From: Schmidtea polychroa
Lineage: Eukaryota
Assembly: GCA_044892525.1 (NCBI GenBank)
Contig: CM097888.1
Span: 58,342,001-58,406,000, forward strand
Reading direction: 5' to 3'
DNA length: 64,000 nt
The notes beneath the pieces were generated by a model, which did no database searches, was not told where the DNA came from, and worked only from the letters and a program-made list of their open reading frames with translations. The position numbers and the translations under genes are program-made. Position 1 is the first letter of the stretch. Every line of letters begins with the position of its first letter. This document shows positions 33,639-47,547 of this stretch, one piece after another.

Positions 33639-36600
33639 TTTTTCATTATTGATTACTATTTTTATTGAATAACCAGTTTCCTTAAATGATTATTTTAAAC
33701 AACTGTCTTGACTATATTTAGACATTTATTTTTTAATTTGGAGAATTTTTAACTAATAATAACTATGTATACCGTATATAATATTTCCATAGCATTTATA
33801 TATAATATTTGCCGATTATGGATACAAGAGTAGTACTTAAAAAAAGTATCAAGTCAATTTGTGATGGCCAACATATTATTTACACTTTGTGTAATAAAAT
33901 AGCAAATGCATGTGCGCGTTTTTTTAGTTTTTTGGCACTTTAATCAACTTTAGGCTTGGAATAGGTTGACTGTGCCCATTTCTCTTTCAAGCGCGTGCCC
34001 TCGGTAACTTTATTGTATCGACGTCCATTTCTAAATTCTGAGGACCTTACATCATTCCCCGTTATCAACTGTTTATTGTAAGTCAGGTTAAGGTTTGTCA
34101 GATTTCAAGTACAGTCGGTTTAACCTTTGTGAGACGTCAGAATATATTACAATAAGGTAATTTATAGATTGTGAATATCATACTAAAATTTCTCGTTTCT
34201 CCTTCCTTGTTGGTCACCTTTATCTGATACTTCAGTTAGTGTTTTAGTCAACTGGTATTGATCCTACCTCTACATTATCATTATCAGCCTGAGACTGACA
34301 TGATTGAAGAGTCATGAGAGAAACAAAAAAATTTACTCCAAGACAAATTAAAAAATTAATAATTCTTCGTTGAGTTTATTGTAATTGTTGATATCGTCTG
34401 GAAATCATTTTACGGTGTTTGAGGAAATATATTCAACGTTTAGTACCTGAAGTCCAAATTTAGTTTACGAAGTTGAATTATTGCTTGAAAGGGTTGTCGC
34501 CGTAGTCGTTGTGTTTTACTGGAGTTGCTTTTCTTGGTACGCTTTCGGTCGGGGTCGGCACTAGTTGATACAACTATCTTGGGAACCATCCATTCAATTG
34601 TAATATGATGACAGCAGTTTACAAAAGAATATTTAAAATCATTGGCTGACGCATTTAGTTATCATTAATGGGTAGAATAGATATATAGTCATTTAAATGG
34701 ATTTTGTTAAATAAAATGGAATTCTTGTGTTTAAATATCGATGATTAAGGATTCAATTATAATATTATATAGAAATTTGATAATTTCTTCAATGGTTTTC
34801 CAATTTTTTTCATCCAATAAGAATTATTTTCTTAACAATTGAAAGATGAATATCATCAAACGTTTTACTGTTATTCTAGGAAATACTTATTTTACCTAAG
34901 GATACAACTCAAGAAAAGAATACATATTTTTTTCTAAATATTTCATTCGTCAATGACATAGTTGACTTCAAGATTTTGAAAAAGCGTAAACACACTCGCA
35001 TTCCAATTCGTATTCTGGACATTGAGGCTGGTTAATCATCAACAATCGAATAAGTTAAAGTCAATTCAACGTTATGCTCTATACCATAAAGAGAAAGCTT
35101 TGTGGTTATACCAGATGAAATCAAAACCAATGTTTAATGCTTGAGCTATAAGCTAATTCGTTCAGAGTTTAAACAGAAGCATCTTTAGTGTATGAAGGGT
35201 TGAGAATTTCTCCCCTTATGCCTTAGCCGTCAATGTTATATAATAATAACACTTTGATTTTTTTTTATCACCTGGATGCATTCATATCGTTTCTATCATT
35301 CCCTCGTCACGTATTATCTACTAAAATCGTGCAGTTCATTCTTCTAGGCTCTCTATTTTCAGTCATGCCCATCCTTGGAATTACTAATGTCTTCTCAGGA
35401 TTCTTCCGAACTACAATCTCTACAATTTGACCACTCATACCCTTCAGCCTATTCCCTTTACTTGCGGATTCTACCAACTCATATTCCTGTTCCAACCTTG
35501 ATCCTGATAATAAGACAATATACGTTGTGATTTATTTTCCTAAATGGTAATGCATGAATAAATAATTAAGGAGAAAAGAGAACGTCAGATTCTTACGAAA
35601 TTATTTTATTTATAATAATACTTCATACATATTATTAGGATTCTCATCCGTGAGAACATCCGTTTTCAAATCACTAAATAATTCCATAAATTTTATTCAA
35701 TAAATTATATACTCAAAAACTTGTCTCTTCTTAAATTTGTTATTCTAAGAATCTTTCAACTTCCTCATATCCTCCTCCTTAAGAAATTTTTTAAGTTTTT
35801 CCACGTTTCTTTCAATCTTTTTACCATTCTCGTTTCTTAAAATATATCGTCTGTCATGCACTTTCTCGATCACTTTATATGGTCCCTCATATCTGTCCTG
35901 GCTTTTGTTGCGTGTTTCTACTTTTACTAACACATCTTCACCTATTTCAAATTTCCTCCTTGTTTGTTCTTCTTGTTCTTTCTATACCTATTTTTCTTTT
36001 GAACCGTACCATTTCTCCCTGCTAATCTTTTTTCCAAAAACTATCTCTGCGGGCTTTTTGGAAATAGTGTATGAAATCACAATGGACGAGAGGAGAATTA
36101 GCCGATCTTGGTCCCGTCACCAGGACTGGACGCGAGCCAGGACCCGGCATAGGTTAAAGCAGAACCCATAAATGACGAGCTGTACGAAGTTTACATACAA
36201 GTTAGGCAAGGGGTAAATGTGACAGTGACCCTGACTACGCTGCATGGAAGCCCAACTTTGTGTCATAGAACTCGGAAATCCTACTGAGGGAGCAGAAGCG
36301 GAGTGAGACATGACTGGGCTAATCAACGGGACTTACTACGTGACAAGGCAGACACCACCCCAGAAGCACGGACGCCCCCGAAAATACCTTAAAAGGGGAT
36401 GAACTCCCAATGGAAATTGCATTGACTCGTGTTAATCCTCGACGTCATTTAGATTTTTGTTTCGTTATCTACCTAACAATATTAGTTTTATCGTTTCTTT
36501 TCGTTATTTACTTAATAATATCAATTAGATATTTGAAATTAAATTTTATATAATTTATTTATTCATTATTACTTATACATTATTTTTTATTATTAAACGT

Positions 36601-36900
36601 AAGATTTACAATCCAGGATAAGGTTCGCATCGCGTGTTATTAGTTTATTATCATTTATAAATTGTTTTATTAGATAAATTGTACTAATTGTGTTGAAGGT
36701 CAAATAATTTAATTCTTATATCTAATTTCATCCTTCAGAGTTTTAAAGGTTATGAATTTTATATTTTAATATGTATTAATGAAATCTTTACAAAATTATA
36801 GATAGAAAAGTAATAAGGAAATGTATTTTCATTTTAATATTTAATCTATTAATGTAATTTTTGATTATTACAATCAATTTATTTTAGGTTTCTAATTGAC

Positions 36901-37692
36901 ATGAGTCAAATTGAATTTAAACAGACTTTAAAATTATCCAAAAATATTTTAGTAATTACTGGTGCTGGAATTAGTGCTGATAGTGGCATTCCGACATTTC
37001 GTGGTTCTCGAGCTCTTCAATGGAGAAATTATGAATCATCTAGCCTTGCTACATTATCAATGTTTTTGAAAAATCCGTCTCTTGTTTGGGAATTTTATCA
37101 TTTTCGTCGCGAAATCTGTTTGAAAGCCAATCCCAATGCTGCTCATATTGCATTATCGAAATTTGAGATGAAATGTGAAAATGAAAATAAACAATTCTCA
37201 CTTATCACACAAAATGTTGACGGTCTTCATCGACGAGCCGGTTCGGAAAATATAATTCCTATTCACGGTGAGATATTTGAAACGAAATGTATGAAATGTA
37301 AGGATGTGAAAGAAAATTTCAATAGTCCTATTTGTGAAGGATTGCGAGATAAGGGGGATCCTAACTCGGATGAAAACTCTCATATTCCCGAGGAAAGTCT
37401 TCCTCGATGTGAATCTTGTCGGGGATTGTTACGCCCAAATGTTGTTTGGTTTGGTGAAAATCTGCGCATTGATAATTTAGAAAAATCATATGACGCAATC
37501 AATAAATGTGACTTGTGCATTGTAGTTGGAACTTCTGGAATAGTGAATCCGGTCGCTTCGTTCCCATATCAAGTAATTGATAGAGGCATTCCCGTTGCTG
37601 AGTTCAATGTTGAATCGACCGATATTTCAGACAAAGTTAAATATTTTTTTAGAGGCGCTGCTTCGTCCATATTGCCTTCATTGCTTGAATAA
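36901..37692 (+). CDS. SIRT5: SIRT5-like sirtuin, copy 4 (K93E)
   Basis: Protein identical to copy 3. Confidence 0.95.
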   Translation: MSQIEFKQTLKLSKNILVITGAGISADSGIPTFRGSRALQWRNYESSSLATLSMFLKNPSLVWEFYHFRREICLKANPNAAHIALSKFEMKCENENKQFSLITQNVDGLHRRAGSENIIPIHGEIFETKCMKCKDVKENFNSPICEGLRDKGDPNSDENSHIPEESLPRCESCRGLLRPNVVWFGENLRIDNLEKSYDAINKCDLCIVVGTSGIVNPVASFPYQVIDRGIPVAEFNVESTDISDKVKYFFRGAASSILPSLLE

Positions 37693-40600
37693 TTTTTCAT
37701 TATTGATTACTATTTTTATTGAATAACCAGTTTCCTTAAATGATTATTTTAAACAACTGTCTTGACTATATTTAGACATTTATTTTTTAATTTGGAGAAT
37801 TTTTAACTAATAATAACTATGTATACCGTATATAATATTTCCATAGCATTTATATATAATATTTGCCGATTATGGATACAAGAGTAGTACTTAAAAAAAG
37901 TATCAAGTCAATTTGTGATGGCCAACATATTATTTACACTTTGTGTAATAAAATAGCAAATGCATGTGCGCGTTTTTTTAGTTTTTTGGCACTTTAATCA
38001 ACTTTAGGCTTGGAATAGGTTGACTGTGCCCATTTCTCTTTCAAGCGCGTGCCCTCGGTAACTTTATTGTATCGACGTCCATTTCTAAATTCTGAGGACC
38101 TTACATCATTCCCCGTTATCAACTGTTTATTGTAAGTCAGGTTAAGGTTTGTCAGATTTCAAGTACAGTCGGTTTAACCTTTGTGAGACGTCAGAATATA
38201 TTACAATAAGGTAATTTATAGATTGTGAATATCATACTAAAATTTCTCGTTTCTCCTTCCTTGTTGGTCACCTTTATCTGATACTTCAGTTAGTGTTTTA
38301 GTCAACTGGTATTGATCCTACCTCTACATTATCATTATCAGCCTGAGACTGACATGATTGAAGAGTCATGAGAGAAACAAAAAAATTTACTCCAAGACAA
38401 ATTAAAAAATTAATAATTCTTCGTTGAGTTTATTGTAATTGTTGATATCGTCTGGAAATCATTTTACGGTGTTTGAGGAAATATATTCAACGTTTAGTAC
38501 CTGAAGTCCAAATTTAGTTTACGAAGTTGAATTATTGCTTGAAAGGGTTGTCGCCGTAGTCGTTGTGTTTTACTGGAGTTGCTTTTCTTGGTACGCTTTC
38601 GGTCGGGGTCGGCACTAGTTGATACAACTATCTTGGGAACCATCCATTCAATTGTAATATGATGACAGCAGTTTACAAAAGAATATTTAAAATCATTGGC
38701 TGACGCATTTAGTTATCATTAATGGGTAGAATAGATATATAGTCATTTAAATGGATTTTGTTAAATAAAATGGAATTCTTGTGTTTAAATATCGATGATT
38801 AAGGATTCAATTATAATATTATATAGAAATTTGATAATTTCTTCAATGGTTTTCCAATTTTTTTCATCCAATAAGAATTATTTTCTTAACAATTGAAAGA
38901 TGAATATCATCAAACGTTTTACTGTTATTCTAGGAAATACTTATTTTACCTAAGGATACAACTCAAGAAAAGAATACATATTTTTTTCTAAATATTTCAT
39001 TCGTCAATGACATAGTTGACTTCAAGATTTTGAAAAAGCGTAAACACACTCGCATTCCAATTCGTATTCTGGACATTGAGGCTGGTTAATCATCAACAAT
39101 CGAATAAGTTAAAGTCAATTCAACGTTATGCTCTATACCATAAAGAGAAAGCTTTGTGGTTATACCAGATGAAATCAAAACCAATGTTTAATGCTTGAGC
39201 TATAAGCTAATTCGTTCAGAGTTTAAACAGAAGCATCTTTAGTGTATGAAGGGTTGAGAATTTCTCCCCTTATGCCTTAGCCGTCAATGTTATATAATAA
39301 TAACACTTTGATTTTTTTTTATCACCTGGATGCATTCATATCGTTTCTATCATTCCCTCGTCACGTATTATCTACTAAAATCGTGCAGTTCATTCTTCTA
39401 GGCTCTCTATTTTCAGTCATGCCCATCCTTGGAATTACTAATGTCTTCTCAGGATTCTTCCGAACTACAATCTCTACAATTTGACCACTCATACCCTTCA
39501 GCCTATTCCCTTTACTTGCGGATTCTACCAACTCATATTCCTGTTCCAACCTTGATCCTGATAATAAGACAATATACGTTGTGATTTATTTTCCTAAATG
39601 GTAATGCATGAATAAATAATTAAGGAGAAAAGAGAACGTCAGATTCTTACGAAATTATTTTATTTATAATAATACTTCATACATATTATTAGGATTCTCA
39701 TCCGTGAGAACATCCGTTTTCAAATCACTAAATAATTCCATAAATTTTATTCAATAAATTATATACTCAAAAACTTGTCTCTTCTTAAATTTGTTATTCT
39801 AAGAATCTTTCAACTTCCTCATATCCTCCTCCTTAAGAAATTTTTTAAGTTTTTCCACGTTTCTTTCAATCTTTTTACCATTCTCGTTTCTTAAAATATA
39901 TCGTCTGTCATGCACTTTCTCGATCACTTTATATGGTCCCTCATATCTGTCCTGGCTTTTGTTGCGTGTTTCTACTTTTACTAACACATCTTCACCTATT
40001 TCAAATTTCCTCCTTGTTTGTTCTTCTTGTTCTTTCTATACCTATTTTTCTTTTGAACCGTACCATTTCTCCCTGCTAATCTTTTTTCCAAAAACTATCT
40101 CTGCGGGCTTTTTGGAAATAGTGTATGAAATCACAATGGACGAGAGGAGAATTAGCCGATCTTGGTCCCGTCACCAGGACTGGACGCGAGCCAGGACCCG
40201 GCATAGGTTAAAGCAGAACCCATAAATGACGAGCTGTACGAAGTTTACATACAAGTTAGGCAAGGGGTAAATGTGACAGTGACCCTGACTACGCTGCATG
40301 GAAGCCCAACTTTGTGTCATAGAACTCGGAAATCCTACTGAGGGAGCAGAAGCGGAGTGAGACATGACTGGGCTAATCAACGGGACTTACTACGTGACAA
40401 GGCAGACACCACCCCAGAAGCACGGACGCCCCCGAAAATACCTTAAAAGGGGATGAACTCCCAATGGAAATTGCATTGACTCGTGTTAATCCTCGACGTC
40501 ATTTAGATTTTTGTTTCGTTATCTACCTAACAATATTAGTTTTATCGTTTCTTTTCGTTATTTACTTAATAATATCAATTAGATATTTGAAATTAAATTT

Positions 40601-40954
40601 TATATAATTTATTTATTCATTATTACTTATACATTATTTTTTATTATTAAACGTAAGATTTACAATCCAGGATAAGGTTCGCATCGCGTGTTATTAGTTT
40701 ATTATCATTTATAAATTGTTTTATTAGATAAATTGTACTAATTGTGTTGAAGGTCAAATAATTTAATTCTTATATCTAATTTCATCCTTCAGAGTTTTAA
40801 AGGTTATGAATTTTATATTTTAATATGTATTAATGAAATCTTTACAAAATTATAGATAGAAAAGTAATAAGGAAATGTATTTTCATTTTAATATTTAATC
40901 TATTAATGTAATTTTTGATTATTACAATCAATTTATTTTAGGTTTCTAATTGAC

Positions 40955-41746
40955 ATGAGTCAAATTGAATTTAAACAGACTTTAAAATTATCCAAAAATA
41001 TTTTAGTAATTACTGGTGCTGGAATTAGTGCTGATAGTGGCATTCCGACATTTCGTGGTTCTCGAGCTCTTCAATGGAGAAATTATGAATCATCTAGCCT
41101 TGCTACATTATCAATGTTTTTGAAAAATCCGTCTCTTGTTTGGGAATTTTATCATTTTCGTCGCGAAATCTGTTTGAAAGCCAATCCCAATGCTGCTCAT
41201 ATTGCATTATCGAAATTTGAGATGAAATGTAAAAATGAAAATAAACAATTCTCACTTATCACACAAAATGTTGACGGTCTTCATCGACGAGCCGGTTCGG
41301 AAAATATAATTCCTATTCACGGTGAGATATTTGAAACGAAATGTATGAAATGTAAGGATGTGAAAGAAAATTTCAATAGTCCTATTTGTGAAGGATTGCG
41401 AGATAAGGGGGATCCTAACTCGGATGAAAACTCTCATATTCCCGAGGAAAGTCTTCCTCGATGTGAATCTTGTCGGGGATTGTTACGCCCAAATGTTGTT
41501 TGGTTTGGTGAAAATCTGCGCATTGATAATTTAGAAAAATCATATGACGCAATCAATAAATGTGACTTGTGCATTGTAGTTGGAACTTCTGGAATAGTGA
41601 ATCCGGTCGCTTCGTTCCCATATCAAGTAATTGATAGAGGCATTCCCGTTGCTGAGTTCAATGTTGAATCGACCGATATTTCAGACAAAGTTAAATATTT
41701 TTTTAGAGGCGCTGCTTCGTCCATATTGCCTTCATTGCTTGAATAA
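40955..41746 (+). CDS. SIRT5: SIRT5-like sirtuin, copy 5
   Basis: Protein identical to copy 1. Confidence 0.95.
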   Translation: MSQIEFKQTLKLSKNILVITGAGISADSGIPTFRGSRALQWRNYESSSLATLSMFLKNPSLVWEFYHFRREICLKANPNAAHIALSKFEMKCKNENKQFSLITQNVDGLHRRAGSENIIPIHGEIFETKCMKCKDVKENFNSPICEGLRDKGDPNSDENSHIPEESLPRCESCRGLLRPNVVWFGENLRIDNLEKSYDAINKCDLCIVVGTSGIVNPVASFPYQVIDRGIPVAEFNVESTDISDKVKYFFRGAASSILPSLLE

Positions 41747-43772
41747 TTTTTCATTATTGATTACTATTTTTATTGAATAACCAGTTTCCTTAAATGATTA
41801 TTTTAAACAACTGTCTTGACTATATTTAGACATTTATTTTTTAATTTGGAGAATTTTTAACTAATAATAACTATGTATACCGTATATAATATTTCCATAG
41901 CATTTATATATAATATTTGCCGATTATGGATACAAGAGTAGTACTTAAAAAAAGTATCAAGTCAATTTGTGATGGCCAACATATTATTTACACTTTGTGT
42001 AATAAAATAGCAAATGCATGTGCGCGTTTTTTTAGTTTCTTGGCACTTTAATCAACTTTAGGCTTGGAATAGGTTGACTGTGCCCATTTCTCTTTCAAGC
42101 GCGTGCCCTCGGTAACTTTATTGTATCGACGTCCATTTCTAAATTCTGAGGACCTTACATCATTCCCCGTTATCAACTGTTTATTGTAAGTCAGGTTAAG
42201 GTTTGTCAGATTTCAAGTACAGTCGGTTTAACCTTTGTGAGACGTCAGAATATATTACAATAAGGTAATTTATAGATTGTGAATATCATACTAAAATTTC
42301 TCGTTTCTCCTTCCTTGTTGGTCACCTTTATCTGATACTTCAGTTAGTGTTTTAGTCAACTGGTATTGATCCTACCTCTACATTATCATTATCAGCCTGA
42401 GACTGACATGATTGAAGAGTCATGAGAGAAACAAAAAAATTTACTCCAAGACAAATTAAAAAATTAATAATTCTTCGTTGAGTTTATTGTAATTGTTGAT
42501 ATCGTCTGGAAATCATTTTACGGTGTTTGAGGAAATATATTCAACGTTTAGTACCTGAAGTCCAAATTTAGTTTACGAAGTTGAATTATTGCTTGAAAGG
42601 GTTGTCGCCGTAGTCGTTGTGTTTTACTGGAGTTGCTTTTCTTGGTACGCTTTCGGTCGGGGTCGGCACTAGTTGATACAACTATCTTGGGAACCATCCA
42701 TTCAATTGTAATATGATGACAGCAGTTTACAAAAGAATATTTAAAATCATTGGCTGACGCATTTAGTTATCATTAATGGGTAGAATAGATATATAGTCAT
42801 TTAAATGGATTTTGTTAAATAAAATGGAATTCTTGTGTTTAAATATCGATGATTAAGGATTCAATTATAATATTATATAGAAATTTGATAATTTCTTCAA
42901 TGGTTTTCCAATTTTTTTCATCCAATAAGAATTATTTTCTTAACAATTGAAAGATGAATATCATCAAACGTTTTACTGTTATTCTAGGAAATACTTATTT
43001 TACCTAAGGATACAACTCAAGAAAAGAATAAATATTTTTTTCTAAATATTTCATTCGTCAATGACATAGTTGACTTCAAGATTTTGAAAAAGCGTAAACA
43101 CACTCGCATTCCAATTCGTATTCTGGACATTGAGGCTGGTTAATCATCAACAATCGAATAAGTTAAAGTCAATTCAACGTTATGCTCTATACCATAAAGA
43201 GAAAGCTTTGTGGTTATACCAGATGAAATCAAAACCAATGTTTAATGCTTGAGCTATAAGCTAATTCGTTCAGAGTTTAAACAGAAGCATCTTTAGTGTA
43301 TGAAGGGTTGAGAATTTCTCCCCTTATGCCTTAGCCGTCAATGTTATATAATAATAACACTTTGATTTTTTTTATCACCTGGATGCATTCATATCGTTTC
43401 TATCATTCCCTCGTCACGTATTATCTACTAAAATCGTGCAGTTCATTCTTCTAGGCTCTCTATTTTCAGTCATGCCCATCCTTGGAATTACTAATGTCTT
43501 CTCAGGATTCTTCCGAACTACAATCTCTACAATTTGACCACTCATACCCTTCAGCCTATTCCCTTTACATGCGGATTCTACCAACTCATATTCCTGTTCC
43601 AACTTCGATCCTGATAAAACTGAAAAAGTTTTATAGAACTTTTAAAAATTTTATATCCTTTTATTTTCAATTTACATTTCACCTTATTTGAAGTTTAAAT
43701 TCTTGAAAATTTTTATTTTTATATATTTATTTAAACCAATGAGAGTGCAGGAAATTGCTTCATTTCATTTAA

Positions 43773-45011
43773 GGTAAAAGCCCGATATAGCGTCGGTAAT
43801 TATTTACATCAAAATATACCACAAAAAAGTGACAGTACACCTAAACAAGCTTTATTCACATCAAAATACACTCAAACAGCGCAATTGTATTTCAAGTAAA
43901 CAACATCACGAAAAGTAATTCACGGATAGTTATCCATAAGCGTAATTAAGAAGTTTGGAAACAAGTCTGTGCGTCGAAATTGGTTACGATACGCAAATTC
44001 TTGCAGATATGACGGAAACAACGCGCGACTTGTTCCAAATTGTCTTTTTAACTTCCTCTTCGCCCTCATCCACATGTTCTCGATGTTCTGAGTATGCACT
44101 TCGGAGTCATTAGGATCGACGAAGTTACGTTGGTGCACAACAACGGAATGCTCATATATTCCATGTCTGATTTGATCTATATTTGCATATGCAGCCCATC
44201 CATCAGACATTATATGTGTCCCTGGCAAAATGTGAGCTTCTATACAGGCTTGCAACGTCCCTGGCCGCCTGTCTTGCACTTCCAACAGGAAGCACCGGCC
44301 ACTTTCGCGTTCAATTCCTCTGAAAACCCAGTGGCCATCACGCCGCTGGCCACGGTGATATTTCCTGTGAAAATATTTTGTTTCATCTATTTCCACAATT
44401 ATAGATTGTCCATTGACGTCTATTCCACCAATTTCGGGCGCACTGCGTTCCAGCCATGTTGCACACTCTTCGCGCATGTAGTTGCACCAATCAATTACTA
44501 GGTTTTTGGCAACATCAGCCTCGTGCTGCATCTGCATCTGCGGCATATCATACGACCAGCAATAAACGAGGACAACAATTTGTTGTAATGATAATTGACT
44601 GCGTGCAAAGAAGGATTTGTTTCGCACCGATACACGTAACCACAACGGTCGCATGCCCATCTCCTACCGTCAATTCCCTGCTGGTACCGATTCAATGTGT
44701 ACAGTTGATTGTAAATTCCGCATGGCACAGAGTTGCGAACCAAGCTTCGGCGGGCACACCACTGTAATTCCGAATCAGGTTGTTGTAAGTGTGGTGAAAG
44801 CGTCGACAATCGCCACACCTCATTTAACATATCGTTTTTACTCATTTCATTACGAGGCACTATTATTGTGGATGCTCGTGGTCTTCCGGCCATTTTGCAT
44901 TTAAAATTTAATTTAATAAAAATTAAATCCATATGAAATCCATATGAAGTAGCTATCTTTTGTGGTATATTTTGATGTAAATAATTACCGACGCTATATC
45001 GGGCTTTTTTT
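43773..45011 (-). mobile_element. Merlin (IS1595-like) DNA transposon
   Basis: About 50-bp inverted repeats AAAAGCCCGATATAGCGTCGGTAATTATTTACATCAAAATATACCACAAAA. The left end starts GGT; the right terminal ACC is missing and no TSD was found. Confidence 0.9.
43920..44893 (-). pseudogene. Merlin transposase with one frameshift near 44640
   Basis: N-part MAGRPRAS..DGRRWACDRCG joins C-part SVRNKSFF..VEIDET..IMSDGW..HTQNIENMW (DDE). Confidence 0.9.
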
Positions 45012-45060
45012 TGATATATTCTTTGATTCAAAAGGCTTTTCTTATCATTTACTAGTTTAA

Positions 45061-47547
45061 CACTAGGACGGCCAGACCGGTCATTTTGACCGTTAAGCAA
45101 TTTCATTTTTATTTTGTGAGAAAACGAAAAGGAATTAACGTCTCATATTTTGTGACAATTATTCATTTTTAGTGAACTTGTTGTGCATATCAAAGCTTCA
45201 ATTATAGCATTTGTCACGACTGAGATAATGAGGCCATCCCCATGGAAGGCCGAACCGGTCAATTTGACCGGTATCTTGAAACACACAAGAAAGTCACACA
45301 TAATCATCTTACATACTAGAAAATATAAAACAAAATATAATTTACACACAACCGAAGCATTTAACAGTCATTTGGGAATGTTTTCCACAGTAAACTTTAC
45401 TACATACATGGCATATAGCTCCGGATTTGTTATCACAATGAGGAGCAGAACAAGTTTTTCGCTTCTTTAATTTTGGTTGTTCAGAACAGAGTTCACCAGA
45501 GATGGGACTTGCTGTTCGACGGCTTTTGAACTCCTCACAAAGAGATGTAGCTAATTCAAAAATAAAATCCCTTCTTTTTATAGTTGATCCCGTAGCATCT
45601 TTGAAAATAACATGTAGCGACTGGCCATCTTGCTGTTGCGGCTTTACTGCTGTATAAACGCAACATGCTATCCATGGTATCTACAGCTGTCTTATTTTTG
45701 TTATAAAAGTGTATCATTTCAGGCTTTCTCTTTTCGTCAGATCTCACACTAGCAGTAGAATGGAATGTTGACATGACAATGACTTTCTTGTCCGATTTGC
45801 CTTGAAAGAAACAGTGACAGTGTTCTGACACGATAAATGAGTCGATTCAAAAAGAGGCTTTTTCTCCAAGTGAGCTGATGATAAAAAGCGTGAATTTAAT
45901 CTTACAGTACCAACCAATGTTGTTCGATTTACAAGGAGATGTTCAGCTAGTGAGAGACTTGTAAAGAAATTGTCAGTGCAGACATTGTATCCTTTATTGA
46001 AAAATGGCTCCATTAGTTTCCTGACTACAAAATCACCCAGCCGTAATCCACGGCGTTCGTTTCTATCGTGAGCCCCTAAATATGGCATTTGATTGATGAC
46101 AAATTTGGTTTTGACATCACTGAGAATCCAGTATTTGATACCGAATTTATCAGGCTTATTTGGCATAAATTGGATGAAGCAACACCTATTTTTTAGCGGC
46201 AAAAGTTGCTCGTCGACAGTAAGGAAGGGATTAGGAGTATAAACTTGAAGACAGTTTGAAACAAACAAGTCAAATATTTCACGAAAATGGGCATATTTAT
46301 CTTGTTCTACTCTTTGACGTCGAGAACATTGTTCATCAAAACGAAGAAAGCGCAGTATCTCACGGAAACGGTTCCGAGACATGACTTCTCTGAAGTAAGG
46401 AGATCCAAATTGAGATGACCAGATTGAATTGATAGAATGTCGGCGAAAGCCTAACACACCACGGAGATACAGCAATCCAAGAAAAGCATCTAATTCTTGT
46501 AGTCTGATACACCAGTCTGACGAAGCTTCTTTTCCTTTCATAATTGTGTATTTTTGAATTAACTTCAGCATTCCCTCAGAGACTATCAAGCGCCAAGCGC
46601 TCAGGGGTGAGTCAATTTTGCGCTTTGCAAAAGCTTTCACACCAGGTGTTCCACTAAAAATATTGTGCGCAGGGAATCTGCCAACACTAATAGCGTGATT
46701 GTTTTCTACTCGATTCCAAAGAGTGCCATCCCTGCTAGATAAAACCTGATTTTCTAATGAAGAAATTGAGCTATTGACTGACTCATTGTCACTTTCTAAC
46801 GAACTTCCATTATCATCAGAGTTCCATTCATGTAACTCTTCGTCAGAATCATTTCTTTCGGGCTCATCATCACTTCCCATAGGCTGATCTTCATTTTCGG
46901 AGAGAGCAGCGTCAATATTCCATAGCTTCTGTAAAGCACGTTGAGCAGCAATTCTTTTAGTTGGCATATTTGATTCTAAAATAATGATAAAAACTCCGTC
47001 AGTAAAATAAGAAACGTCAAATTTATTATTGGATTCTAATGAAAACACGGTTTTATAATGTTTGTTATCCCAAGAAGTTCAAAGATTTTCTATAACAATT
47101 ATTAGATATTGTCTTATGACATTTCGTTAAGTTTTTCGTTTGATTCTTTTAATTTACCAAATTTCAAAACTTAGAACTCTTAATGCTTGCTTAATTACAC
47201 TTTTAATAAGCACTATCTTTGAATAAAAGCAAGAGAATATTTATAAACAAGAAATGAAGTATACATACATACCAGTCTGAATAAACGCGAAGACAATGTT
47301 TAAAATAGTGTAGCTTTGTGTCAGCTAAACAAATATTTTTATTTCATTGTTGTAAGTAGTTTAATAAATTAACTACTGTTAGAATAAAAATAGTTAAATT
47401 TTGAAAGCGTGTTAGTAGCACAAAGAAAGTATTGCTAAATGAGTTGCATCATAGAAATCTCAGCATGAAAATAAGGAGCATATGTGCACCGGTCAAATTG
47501 ACCGGTTTGGCCTTCCAAGGTATAAAATATTTCCGGCCGTCCTAGTG
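45061..47547 (-). mobile_element. piggyBac transposon
   Basis: TTAA at 45057-45060 and 47548-47551; TIR CACTAGGACGGCC; ~33-bp subterminal inverted repeat containing ACCGGTCAATTTGACCGGT. Confidence 0.95.
45342..46967 (-). pseudogene. piggyBac transposase with frameshifts and a small deletion near the 3' end
   Basis: TVDEQL, CTDNFFTS and AVDTMD triad; RWP motif; C-terminal Cys-rich domain CSAPHC..CHVCSKVYCGKH..CFGC*. Confidence 0.9.

Larger units (their letters stand above)
22907..43617 (+). repeat. Tandem segmental amplification: five ~4,054-bp units plus a sixth copy of the 446-bp boundary repeat
   Basis: Boundary repeat starts at 22907, 26957, 31010, 35064, 39118 and 43172. Sirtuin ATGs are spaced 4053/4054/4054/4054 bp. 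Units are >99% identical by eye. Confidence 0.97.

Noticed and set aside
43773-47547. Merlin nested inside piggyBac
   Set aside because: The piggyBac TIRs and TTAA sites delimit 45061-47547; the Merlin lies wholly outside.
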